From positions 1 to 64,000 of the IMG/VR virus record IMGVR_UViG_3300028840_001395: 64,000 nucleotides of DNA. One strand, 5' to 3'. The notes beneath the pieces are model-generated. The model saw only the letters and a list, made by a program, of their open reading frames with translations. It did not search any database and was not told the origin of the DNA. The position numbers were made by a program, and so were the translations under genes. Shown here piece after piece: positions 46,887-55,011 of the stretch; positions within the stretch are counted from its first letter, which is position 1, and every line of letters begins with the position of its first letter.

Positions 46887-47964
46887 GGTCATCCCCCAGC
46901 ACCGAACCGCAGACCGGGCATTCCCCAAGCTCCTCCAGAAGCTCGGCCACAGCCTTCTCGGCACTATCCAGACTTGCCTGTTCCGCAACCAGCTTCTCTT
47001 CCAGGGTGGCAACCCTCTTGGTGGCCGCAGCGTGCCGGGCCTTGAGGTCTTGCAGCACACCCAGGGCGTCGAGGAACCGGGTTGCCGGGGTGAAGTCGAT
47101 GTCCACCTCGATGTTCTCGACCCCAGCGAGGGACTCGACCCGCTCCACCGCGTCTGTGTAGCGGGTCTGCAACTCCCGCAGGTCGTCGGATTCATCGAGG
47201 ATGGCCTGGAGAGAGTCGAAGTCCTGGTCACCCGGCACTTCGACATCCTCGATGCCTTCCAGGGCTTCCACCGCCGCTGTGGCGGAGTTCTTCCTGTCCC
47301 GCAGGTCAGAGAGCCCGAGAATGGCCTTTTCGACCACAGCGGCCTTCTGAAGCCCCTGCTCGATGCTCTGGACTTCACCCTCCAGGTCGTCCAGGCCGTC
47401 GAACCGCCCAAGCTCCTCTTGGAGCGTCTGCCTGTCAGACATCCGCACCTTGAGTGTCGAACCAGCCGAACGCCGGTCAGACTCGGACAGCTTGAGCGCC
47501 TGATTGAGCTGAGTCACCCGCTCCACGTCGGCCACAGCCTCGGCCAGCACACTTCCGGGCTGGTCGAGCAGGAAGATCTGGCCGGTGAACTGGGGGGCGA
47601 ACTGGGGCCAGATCTCCCGACCCCCGGCCTGGATGGGTCGGATGCCCAGGTCACGCACCTCGTCGGGAACATGCTGACCCGGATGGATGGGCGACCCATC
47701 GTTGATCACGTAGGTCGGCTTGGCCTTCTTCGCCTTGCCCTTCGACCATTCCAGCTTGCCGTCCGGGAACTGGACTTCGACGGTGGCCTTGGGCTTCTTG
47801 TGCCGGACGAACCCGGTGCCACGGGTGTTCTGGAAGGCTCCCCGAATGGCCCGCATCAGGGCGGACTTGCCCGAGTTGTTCGGGCCGGTGATGACTGTGA
47901 AGCCATTCACCTCGATGGACGCATCTGCGATGCTTTGGAAGTTCTGGACGCGGACCTTGAACAT
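46876..47964 (-). CDS. sbcC: SbcC/Rad50-like ATPase, N-terminal half ending at zinc hook
   Basis: VQNFQS, GPNNSGKS, Q-loop, coiled coil, terminal CPVCG. Confidence 0.85.
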   Translation of the reverse strand: MFKVRVQNFQSIADASIEVNGFTVITGPNNSGKSALMRAIRGAFQNTRGTGFVRHKKPKATVEVQFPDGKLEWSKGKAKKAKPTYVINDGSPIHPGQHVPDEVRDLGIRPIQAGGREIWPQFAPQFTGQIFLLDQPGSVLAEAVADVERVTQLNQALKLSESDRRSAGSTLKVRMSDRQTLQEELGRFDGLDDLEGEVQSIEQGLQKAAVVEKAILGLSDLRDRKNSATAAVEALEGIEDVEVPGDQDFDSLQAILDESDDLRELQTRYTDAVERVESLAGVENIEVDIDFTPATRFLDALGVLQDLKARHAAATKRVATLEEKLVAEQASLDSAEKAVAELLEELGECPVCGSVLGDDHEH

Positions 47965-47987
47965 CGGTCACCCGCCTTTCAGAGCTA

Positions 47988-49241
47988 CTACTCCTCGACG
48001 GTCTCTTCCGAGTCCCCCTTGGAGGACTGGTTGCCCGTGAGGATGGCGTCGATGTCCGCGAAGTCGTCCTCCTCCGGCTGCGGGATGTTCTCGACCTTCC
48101 CGGAGGACATCGCCACCATGACGGCCTTGTACAGCTCAGGCCACGCCCCCTCAACCTGGGCGATCTCCTCCTTGAACTTGGACATGCCCTGACCACGGAT
48201 CTCGGTGCCGTCCTTGCGCTCCCAGGTGAGCCACGCGCCGCCCTTCTTCACGACCCCGTGGGACGAGGCCGTCTCGATGACGGAGCGGATGTCGTCAATC
48301 CCCTCCCCGAACCGGATGTAGAGATCATCTTCGAGGCCCTGGCTGCCCGCGACCTTGCACTTGTCGATCTTGAGCCGAACCACCGCGCCAGAAGCGGCAT
48401 CGACCTTCTGGTGCTTGCGGGGATCGTAGGCCTTCTCCTTCAAGGACTTGACCCGCTTGAGCCGCAGACGCAGGGCGGAGTAGAACTTCCAGGCGTTGCC
48501 GCCCGCTGTGGTGGTCTTGTCCCCGTAGCCCGACATGTTGATCTTGTCCCGAAGCTGGCTGACACCGATCACGCAGGAGCCAGTCCGGGTGATCACGGTC
48601 TGAAGCTGCGGGAGGAACTGCGACCAGATCCGGGCGACGTTGCCCAATCCACCACCGCCACCGCCCGTGTCGCCCTTGTCGTCAAGCTCCTGGGACATCA
48701 CGGCCTCGGGAATACCGGCGCTCACCGAGTCCACGATGATGAGGGTGACCCCGGCCTTGGCCATCGCCCACAGAACCTTGATGCCCTTCTCCAGGCTGTC
48801 GGGCTGGACGAGCATGAACTTCTTGGGATCCTGCACCGGGACACCGATGGTCGTCGCGTAGGCCAGGTCGATGGCGTGCTCCCAGTCGATGAAGCACACG
48901 GTGCCGCCCTTGGCGATGGTCGTGGCGGAGGCGGTCAGGGCCAGGGTGGTCTTGCCTGCCGACTCCATGCCGTAGAGATTGACGATGCGACCACGGGGGA
49001 GGCCGGGACACGGCATCACACCGAAGCGATTGGTGCGACCCCCGATGAGGAAGTCGGCCACGATAGACCCCGTGGGGAGGTGAGGGATGGACTTCTTGAG
49101 CCGCCCCTCGTTGACCTCCACGAAGGAGTCATCCTTGAGCACACTCGACACGATCTTCTTGCCCGCCAGCAGCGGGTTCGGAGACCCCTGCTTCTCATCC
49201 TTGTCCTTCTTGGTGGACTTCTTCGCCTTCGCCTTCGCCAT
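47988..49241 (-). CDS. recA: RecA recombinase
   Basis: TGS...D, GLPRGRIV..YG.ESAGKTT, FID.EHA, IVDSV, QLR.KI, GG.A.KFY, GAW. Confidence 0.95.
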   Translation of the reverse strand: MAKAKAKKSTKKDKDEKQGSPNPLLAGKKIVSSVLKDDSFVEVNEGRLKKSIPHLPTGSIVADFLIGGRTNRFGVMPCPGLPRGRIVNLYGMESAGKTTLALTASATTIAKGGTVCFIDWEHAIDLAYATTIGVPVQDPKKFMLVQPDSLEKGIKVLWAMAKAGVTLIIVDSVSAGIPEAVMSQELDDKGDTGGGGGGLGNVARIWSQFLPQLQTVITRTGSCVIGVSQLRDKINMSGYGDKTTTAGGNAWKFYSALRLRLKRVKSLKEKAYDPRKHQKVDAASGAVVRLKIDKCKVAGSQGLEDDLYIRFGEGIDDIRSVIETASSHGVVKKGGAWLTWERKDGTEIRGQGMSKFKEEIAQVEGAWPELYKAVMVAMSSGKVENIPQPEEDDFADIDAILTGNQSSKGDSEETVEE

Positions 49242-49887
49242 CGTCTTCCTCCTGCGACCATAGGAAAAATCGTTCATCCTCCCGGTAGAGGATACCTTTC
49301 AAAGCTGTCTCGCCAGCCCGCTTGCCCCGAGAGTACTTGTGGATCTCGGTGAACTGCTTCTTCTCCAAGGGTGTCAGGTCACTGACCCCTATTACCCCAT
49401 CATGGAGCAACCAGAACCTAGCTGCCGACCTGGCGACCCAGTAGGCGTCTGCCTCGTTGTGGTTCCAGCGGCCCTTGCCGCCCGTGTCGGCCTTGGCAGC
49501 CTCCACCATGTCGGGCTTGTTCATCTTCCAGCCCTTCGGTCGCTCAAGGAACCGATGGGCGTGGGCCTTGATCTGGCCGGGCGAGAAGAACACCACGTCC
49601 ACCTTCTCCATCCGGAGAGCCTCACAGGTGAACAGGAAGAGACCATACATGCCCTCTGACCAGAGATCGTTGAACACGGGATACTCGACCCCGAGCTTCT
49701 TCACGTCGAGTGACTGGACGAGGGCTTGGACGTGAGATCGCATCTCGACGTAGCGGTCAACGAAGAGGGTCTTGGCCGAAGTCTGGAATCGACCGCGCTC
49801 AAGACAACGGCCAGGCCCTGCACCATCGGTATCGTGCAGAGCCCAGCCGAAGTTCGTCAATGAGGGGTCAAATCCGAGGACGCGCAT
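49195..49887 (-). CDS. RuvC-like Holliday junction resolvase
   Basis: VLGFDPSLTNFG, GVE, P..IK, NEADA. Confidence 0.8.
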   Translation of the reverse strand: MRVLGFDPSLTNFGWALHDTDGAGPGRCLERGRFQTSAKTLFVDRYVEMRSHVQALVQSLDVKKLGVEYPVFNDLWSEGMYGLFLFTCEALRMEKVDVVFFSPGQIKAHAHRFLERPKGWKMNKPDMVEAAKADTGGKGRWNHNEADAYWVARSAARFWLLHDGVIGVSDLTPLEKKQFTEIHKYSRGKRAGETALKGILYREDERFFLWSQEEDDGEGEGEEVHQEGQG

Positions 49888-49908
49888 CGGCCCCCTCCGG
49901 GCCGAAGG

Positions 49909-50646
49909 CTAGTCGAGAAGGTCGTCCACCAGGTCATCGATCTCGCCCGTGGTGGCCGTGGACGGGGCCGTCGCACCGCCGCCACCCGCCGTCGCTCCGG
50001 TGCCGCCCGCGAGCTTGTCCTTGACCTGCTCGATGGTCATCTCGCGGCCCACCTCGCCCTGGATGCTGCTGACGACCTGCTTGGCGGCGTCGATCATCTT
50101 GGTGACCAGCTCCTTGGCCTTGTCGCTCTCCATCAGCTTCCGCAGGAGGTTCTCCTTGCACGGGGAGAAGGTGAGCTTCTGGAACTTCGCCTCGGTGCAG
50201 GTGATCGTGATGTCGTGCATCCCGAAGTTGAACTCCTTGTGGATCTGCTGGAGCGACTTGTACTTGTCCGCCGAGAAGACCCAGGGCATCACCTCGGCCT
50301 CACCGCCCATGAGCCGGGACTTGTCCACGTCGCCCATCTTGTCGGTGGGCCACATGATGACCGCCGTGGCCACGCGGGTCTTGGGCGGGCTGCCCGCGAG
50401 CTTGGTGTACTCCGGCCCCTTGTTGACGACGTACCCGACGCCCTGGATGTAGTGGATGGGAGCACCGACGAACTTGGGAGCCACGGGGTTGTCCGCGTCA
50501 CCCATCTCGGGCTTGTCCGCGTCGAGGCCCTCCCACCAGACGAAGGACACCCGGTAGGTCTTGCCCTCCTCGAACTTGGCACGCTTGCCCTTGTTGCCGA
50601 TGTTCTCGTCGTTCTGACCGAAACTGAACTCCTGGAAACCGCTCAT
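49909..50646 (-). CDS. Putative single-stranded DNA-binding protein
   Basis: Beta-rich core (DITIT.....FQK), Gly/Ala linker and acidic tail IDDLVDDLLD; in recombination operon. Confidence 0.6.
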   Translation of the reverse strand: MSGFQEFSFGQNDENIGNKGKRAKFEEGKTYRVSFVWWEGLDADKPEMGDADNPVAPKFVGAPIHYIQGVGYVVNKGPEYTKLAGSPPKTRVATAVIMWPTDKMGDVDKSRLMGGEAEVMPWVFSADKYKSLQQIHKEFNFGMHDITITCTEAKFQKLTFSPCKENLLRKLMESDKAKELVTKMIDAAKQVVSSIQGEVGREMTIEQVKDKLAGGTGATAGGGGATAPSTATTGEIDDLVDDLLD

Positions 50647-50707
50647 GGCTCTCGCCTCCTTTTGGGACGGAACTAGGTCATCTTGGACAGGTTCCGTCAG
50701 TCTGTAT

Positions 50708-50740
50708 CTACTACACCCAGCCTCAGAAAATGAACCCCCC
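50708..50740 (-). promoter_or_regulatory. Putative middle promoter GGGGGGTTCA-N16-GTAGTAG
   Basis: Intergenic, conserved spacing. Confidence 0.65.
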
Positions 50741-50742
50741 AA

Positions 50743-51579
50743 TCAGTCCATTTTCTCGAATGAGGACAGTATTTCATCCACCGCCGACTCGTCCAGGTCA
50801 GGTTTGTCGCCTTCGGGAACGATGTCATCTTCGAGGAAACTGTCGATTTCCTCGGTGGTTGCGGTGGAAGGAAGCTCCTTGTCCAGGTCTGCGGACTCGG
50901 GCTCCTCGGGGGTCTCTTCTTCCTCGGCTTCCTCGGGCTGCTCCATCGGCTCGGGGTCTTCCCAATCTCCCGACTGCTGGGCCACATGGATCTCGCCGTC
51001 CACTCCTTGGAGGATGTCGTCCACGTCCTTCAACTCGGCAGCCGCACCCGTGGGCTTGATGTCCGGGGCGTCCGGGGCTCTCGACCCCCAGCGGTTCCCC
51101 AGCCCGATCTCTTCCTGGCAGAGCTTGAGCTGATCGCGGAGGCGTCCCTGGGTGTCCTTGAGGTCGGTGCGCTTGGCCTTGACCACTGTGAGGGCCGATT
51201 CCAGAGACATCTGCACCTGCTCCAGCCGGTTCGCCTCCTGCACCTCGTTCTTCAGCTTGCCGCTGGCAATGGCCTCGCGGTCGGACACACTACGCCCCGC
51301 CCTCGTCTCCGGGTCGCTGGCGAAGAGATCCTTCTTCGCCAGATCGAGTTCGGTGTTGGCCACGAGCAGGCGACGCCGGACAGCGTGAAGCCGCTGGGAC
51401 ACGTCGAGGAAGATACGCTCACAGCGGTCGAGCATCTTCCTGGCTTCGGCCACCTTGTTGTTGAGCCGCTTGGGGCCATAGACGAGAGGGTCGGAGTCCA
51501 ATTCGACGGACAGATCCCGAAGCTCCTCGTAGATGGCGTCCGCCTCGGCCTGCGAAAAGGTCAGGACTGGTGTGGTCAT
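50743..51579 (-). CDS. Coiled-coil protein with acidic tail (possible recombination mediator)
   Basis: Helical N-half, acidic C-half; function inferred from context only. Confidence 0.6.
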   Translation of the reverse strand: MTTPVLTFSQAEADAIYEELRDLSVELDSDPLVYGPKRLNNKVAEARKMLDRCERIFLDVSQRLHAVRRRLLVANTELDLAKKDLFASDPETRAGRSVSDREAIASGKLKNEVQEANRLEQVQMSLESALTVVKAKRTDLKDTQGRLRDQLKLCQEEIGLGNRWGSRAPDAPDIKPTGAAAELKDVDDILQGVDGEIHVAQQSGDWEDPEPMEQPEEAEEEETPEEPESADLDKELPSTATTEEIDSFLEDDIVPEGDKPDLDESAVDEILSSFEKMD

Positions 51580-52004
51580 CAGCTCTCCCCGTTACCGTTC
51601 CCGTTGCGGAGCACCTCGACCATGAGCTTGGTGTAGTTGCCCTTGATGGCCCGCCGGGCGTTGTCGAGCTGGTCGGAGGACAGGTTCGCACCCGCCGTCG
51701 CGTGCTCGTGCGCCGCCAGGTCAGCCTGCATCCCGACCACCAGAGCCGCGATGCGCCCCTCCTTGAGCGTCATGCCACCCTTCTGGGCCAGGGCCACATC
51801 ACCATCCTGGGCCGAGTTCAGGTCAGCCCCGCCGCCCGCGTCGTCCTGAATCGTGTCCCAGGCGGCGCTGAATCCGACGTAGTGATCGCCACCACGGCCC
51901 TTGACCGACCGGGTGCAGACGACCTTGGTGATGCGGACACCCTTCTTCACCTTGTCCAAGGTCTCCGTCAGGGCCTTCTTCTCATCGTCCGTCAGCTTGC
52001 TCAT
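51579..52004 (-). CDS. Hypothetical protein
   Basis: GGAGG RBS, biased codons. Confidence 0.7.
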   Translation of the reverse strand: MSKLTDDEKKALTETLDKVKKGVRITKVVCTRSVKGRGGDHYVGFSAAWDTIQDDAGGGADLNSAQDGDVALAQKGGMTLKEGRIAALVVGMQADLAAHEHATAGANLSSDQLDNARRAIKGNYTKLMVEVLRNGNGNGES

Positions 52005-52039
52005 CTTTCCAGCCTCCAATCAGGCGGTAGTTCACCACT

Positions 52040-52070
52040 TACTACCCCTCCCGATTGGAGATGACCCCCC
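52040..52070 (-). promoter_or_regulatory. Putative middle promoter GGGGGGTCA-N16-GTAGTA
   Basis: Intergenic, conserved spacing. Confidence 0.65.
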
Positions 52071-52075
52071 TATTT

Positions 52076-54418
52076 TTAGGCGGCATCGGGAACAATACGC
52101 TCCTTGAACAGCGTGTTTCTCTGGTCTTCCCGGTCGTTGGCGACGGCACGGGCCAGCGCAGAGTGAGTTCCGACCAGGATGACCTTCTGCTTGGCCCGAG
52201 TCACCGCCGTGTAGAGCAGGTTGCGCTGAAGCTGGTGGCTGAAGCTGTCCACGATGGGCATCACGATCACGTCGTATTCAAGCCCCTGCGCCTTGTGAAC
52301 CGTACAGGTGTAGGCCAACCTCACCAGCCGGGGCACATCCTTGAACGGAACCCGGACGAACAGCGGAGGATCACCGAAGATCTTCAGTTCAACCTCCTTG
52401 GCCTTCCGGTCAATTCGGGACACCTTGCCCACATCACCGTTGTACACGCCCAGCCGGTAGTTGTTCTTGACGACCATGATACGGTCATCCTCCCGCATCA
52501 TGTCCTGGCCGATACGGGCCTCGGCCAGCCCACTGCGCTGCGGGTTGAGCAACTCCCGAAGGGCCACGTTGAGGCTCGTCACACCCACCGTCCCCGCATG
52601 GCGAGGGGACAAGATCTGGAAATTCCTTCGCTTGTCGTAGAGCTTCTCGGCCAACTGCATGATGACCTGTTGAACCTTCTCTTCAGACCCCACCTGGACA
52701 AGCGAGAAGTCCGAGGGCGGCTGGCACTCGGGAACCTTGCCGTGGTAGATGTCGTGGGCCGCGAACACGATGTCGCTGGTGTCCTTCTGCCGGAAGATCT
52801 CGGTGAGGTTGACCACCGGGAAGTTGCCCGAGTTGATGAGATCCCGCAGCACGTTCCCCGGCCCGACCGAAGGAAGCTGGGCCGCATCCCCGACGATGAC
52901 CATCCGACACTGGGGCGAAGTGCAGGTCAACAGCCTGAAGATGAGATGCTGGTCGAGCATCGAAGCCTCATCGACCACCACGACCTGGGCCGGATGCGGG
53001 TTGTCCGGGTCATAGCCCCACAGACTATCGGCCTCGCCCCCCTTGAGGTCACGTTCCGAGTCACCCACAATGCCCGCGTAGGTGGACTCCCGCTTCTCAT
53101 CGCTCTTGCCCTTGGCCGAGAACGCCCGGTGGATGGTGTAGGCGTGGGCTCCCGTGAGCTTGGCCAGGTTCTTGGCTGCGATGCCCGTGGGGGCACAGAG
53201 AAGGAACGTGACCCCGGCCTCCTGAAGGATGTTCACCACGGCCCGCAAGCTGGTGGTCTTCCCCGTTCCAGGCAGGCCCGTCAAAACGCTGACGGGCTGC
53301 GTGAGAGCGTTCAAGACGCCCTCTTTCTGGGTGTCCGACAGCTTGAGGTGCTGGGCTTCACCCCACTCCTGAATGGCTGTCTCGACCACCTTGTCGAGCC
53401 GGGGACGCTTGAGCTTGGACTTCTTCTCGGTCTTGGGGCCAACCGACCCGAGCTGGCTGATATAGGGCTTCTTGTCGAGACCCCCACGCCGGAACCCCGC
53501 CGCCTTCTGCCGGTCGAGAAGAAGAGAAGCCGCCTCCTGCTCCATCTTCCAGTAGGAAGGCTCATAGATGGCGAGGGTGCCCTGCTTGGTGTCCCGGTCG
53601 AGGATGATATCCTCCGTCTTGTGCAACTCGGTCAGAGCCGTGGCGACATCCTTCTTGTCCACATCCGGAATGAGTGACTGAATCTCACCGAACATCTGTC
53701 CAGTAGTCATGTAGAGATGTCCGAAGTTCCGCTGGTTCTTGCACGAGTAGAGGACAGCCCCACGGATACGGTCGGGCACGTTCACGTCCAGCCCGAGCTT
53801 CATCGCCACCGCGTCGGCCTGGTGAAAGGAGATCCCGTCCACCCGTACCAGCGCCCACGGGTTGCTGCTCAAGACGTGTTCGGCATCATCCCCGAACACC
53901 GTCCAGACCTCGCGGACCTTTCCGGTCGGGAGGCCCAGGTCGTTGAGGAAGTCCAGGGTCTTGAAGTACGCCTGGACGGTCTCCCACCGCTGGACGATGT
54001 ACATGGCGGTGAAGGAGTTGACTCCGGGCACTTCTTCGAGCTTCGCCTTGTCGGCCAACACCTTGAGGAACTCGTCATCCCCGAAGTGACCCCGGATCTG
54101 AAGCAAGACCCGTGAGCCGACCCCGTGAGAGACCAGCACCTTCTCGGCGTTGTCAGGATCCCACCCTCCCTTGAACACCGGAGCCTTGGTGATGGCAAGC
54201 TGCTTGCCATACTTGGAGTGGTTCTTCCACTCGGCCTCGAACCCGAACCAGGTGCCGACCTTGATGACCAGACCCTGAACATGCCCCCGCACGGTAACCT
54301 GCTGCTTCTGGAACACCAAGGCTTCCGCCTCGTCCGAGTCGAGAAGCACCTTCAAGATGTAGAAGCCCTGTGCAGGCTCCTCAAAAAGGACAGCATTCAC
54401 TCGTCCAGAGAAGTACAT
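52076..54418 (-). CDS. recD2: RecD2-like SF1B helicase
   Basis: N-terminal OB/HhH, GLPGTGKTT, APTG.AA, TIHR, VDEASM, GD..QLPSVGPG, TVHKAQG.E, YTAVTRAK. Confidence 0.93.
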   Translation of the reverse strand: MYFSGRVNAVLFEEPAQGFYILKVLLDSDEAEALVFQKQQVTVRGHVQGLVIKVGTWFGFEAEWKNHSKYGKQLAITKAPVFKGGWDPDNAEKVLVSHGVGSRVLLQIRGHFGDDEFLKVLADKAKLEEVPGVNSFTAMYIVQRWETVQAYFKTLDFLNDLGLPTGKVREVWTVFGDDAEHVLSSNPWALVRVDGISFHQADAVAMKLGLDVNVPDRIRGAVLYSCKNQRNFGHLYMTTGQMFGEIQSLIPDVDKKDVATALTELHKTEDIILDRDTKQGTLAIYEPSYWKMEQEAASLLLDRQKAAGFRRGGLDKKPYISQLGSVGPKTEKKSKLKRPRLDKVVETAIQEWGEAQHLKLSDTQKEGVLNALTQPVSVLTGLPGTGKTTSLRAVVNILQEAGVTFLLCAPTGIAAKNLAKLTGAHAYTIHRAFSAKGKSDEKRESTYAGIVGDSERDLKGGEADSLWGYDPDNPHPAQVVVVDEASMLDQHLIFRLLTCTSPQCRMVIVGDAAQLPSVGPGNVLRDLINSGNFPVVNLTEIFRQKDTSDIVFAAHDIYHGKVPECQPPSDFSLVQVGSEEKVQQVIMQLAEKLYDKRRNFQILSPRHAGTVGVTSLNVALRELLNPQRSGLAEARIGQDMMREDDRIMVVKNNYRLGVYNGDVGKVSRIDRKAKEVELKIFGDPPLFVRVPFKDVPRLVRLAYTCTVHKAQGLEYDVIVMPIVDSFSHQLQRNLLYTAVTRAKQKVILVGTHSALARAVANDREDQRNTLFKERIVPDAA

Positions 54419-54930
54419 CAATCGCCCTTCATATCCCGCAGAAAGTCCCGCAATCCTGTGATCATCTCTCTCATCTGCGAGGCCCGGCCCCCCAGGGTTT
54501 CCAAGTCGTCGGTGTTGAGCATCCCCCGCAAAGCATCTCGGTCGAACTTCGTCACGGCAGCCAGTCGAGACCGATGCCCCAACAGCATCGCCAGGTCAAC
54601 ATTCTGACCCTCAACCTCCCATCCCTGATCCGTCTGCTTGAGGGTTCCCTCGGCAGAGAAGTTGAACAGGAACGCCTGATCTTCGTGATGACCCGCCGGA
54701 CACTTCCCGGCGGACTCCCACATGCAACAACCACCGCCCCAGCGAGTCTCATCAACGGGTTCGGTGGGATGATGGTGGATGGCCAGAATGACCTGCTCAT
54801 CGAGGAATGGGGCCAGAGCTTCCCGAACGGACACAGGCGTCGGATGCTGATCGGTCTGGACTAGGATCTCCGTATCACCCTCATGGGTGTAGAAGATACC
54901 CTCCAGCAACAGTGTCCGAAGCTCGCCCAT
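54418..54930 (-). CDS. Hypothetical protein
   Basis: GGAGGAG RBS; CC.W....CP.GH motif. Confidence 0.7.
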   Translation of the reverse strand: MGELRTLLLEGIFYTHEGDTEILVQTDQHPTPVSVREALAPFLDEQVILAIHHHPTEPVDETRWGGGCCMWESAGKCPAGHHEDQAFLFNFSAEGTLKQTDQGWEVEGQNVDLAMLLGHRSRLAAVTKFDRDALRGMLNTDDLETLGGRASQMREMITGLRDFLRDMKGD

Positions 54931-54945
54931 GCACTCCTCCGCCTA

Positions 54946-54978
54946 CTTCTACACCCCTACGCGAAGAATGAACCCCCC
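54946..54978 (-). promoter_or_regulatory. Putative middle promoter GGGGGGTTCA-N16-GTAGAAG
   Basis: Intergenic, conserved spacing. Confidence 0.65.
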
Positions 54979-55011
54979 TATAGTGGTTCAGACGGAGGAT
55001 TACCACTACAT

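Noticed and set aside
45867-47411. Extended ORF-track starts (e.g. sbcD at 47411, protease at 8127, 23118 gene at 25796)
   Set aside because: Extensions overlap upstream genes; downstream starts have RBS or stop-start overlaps
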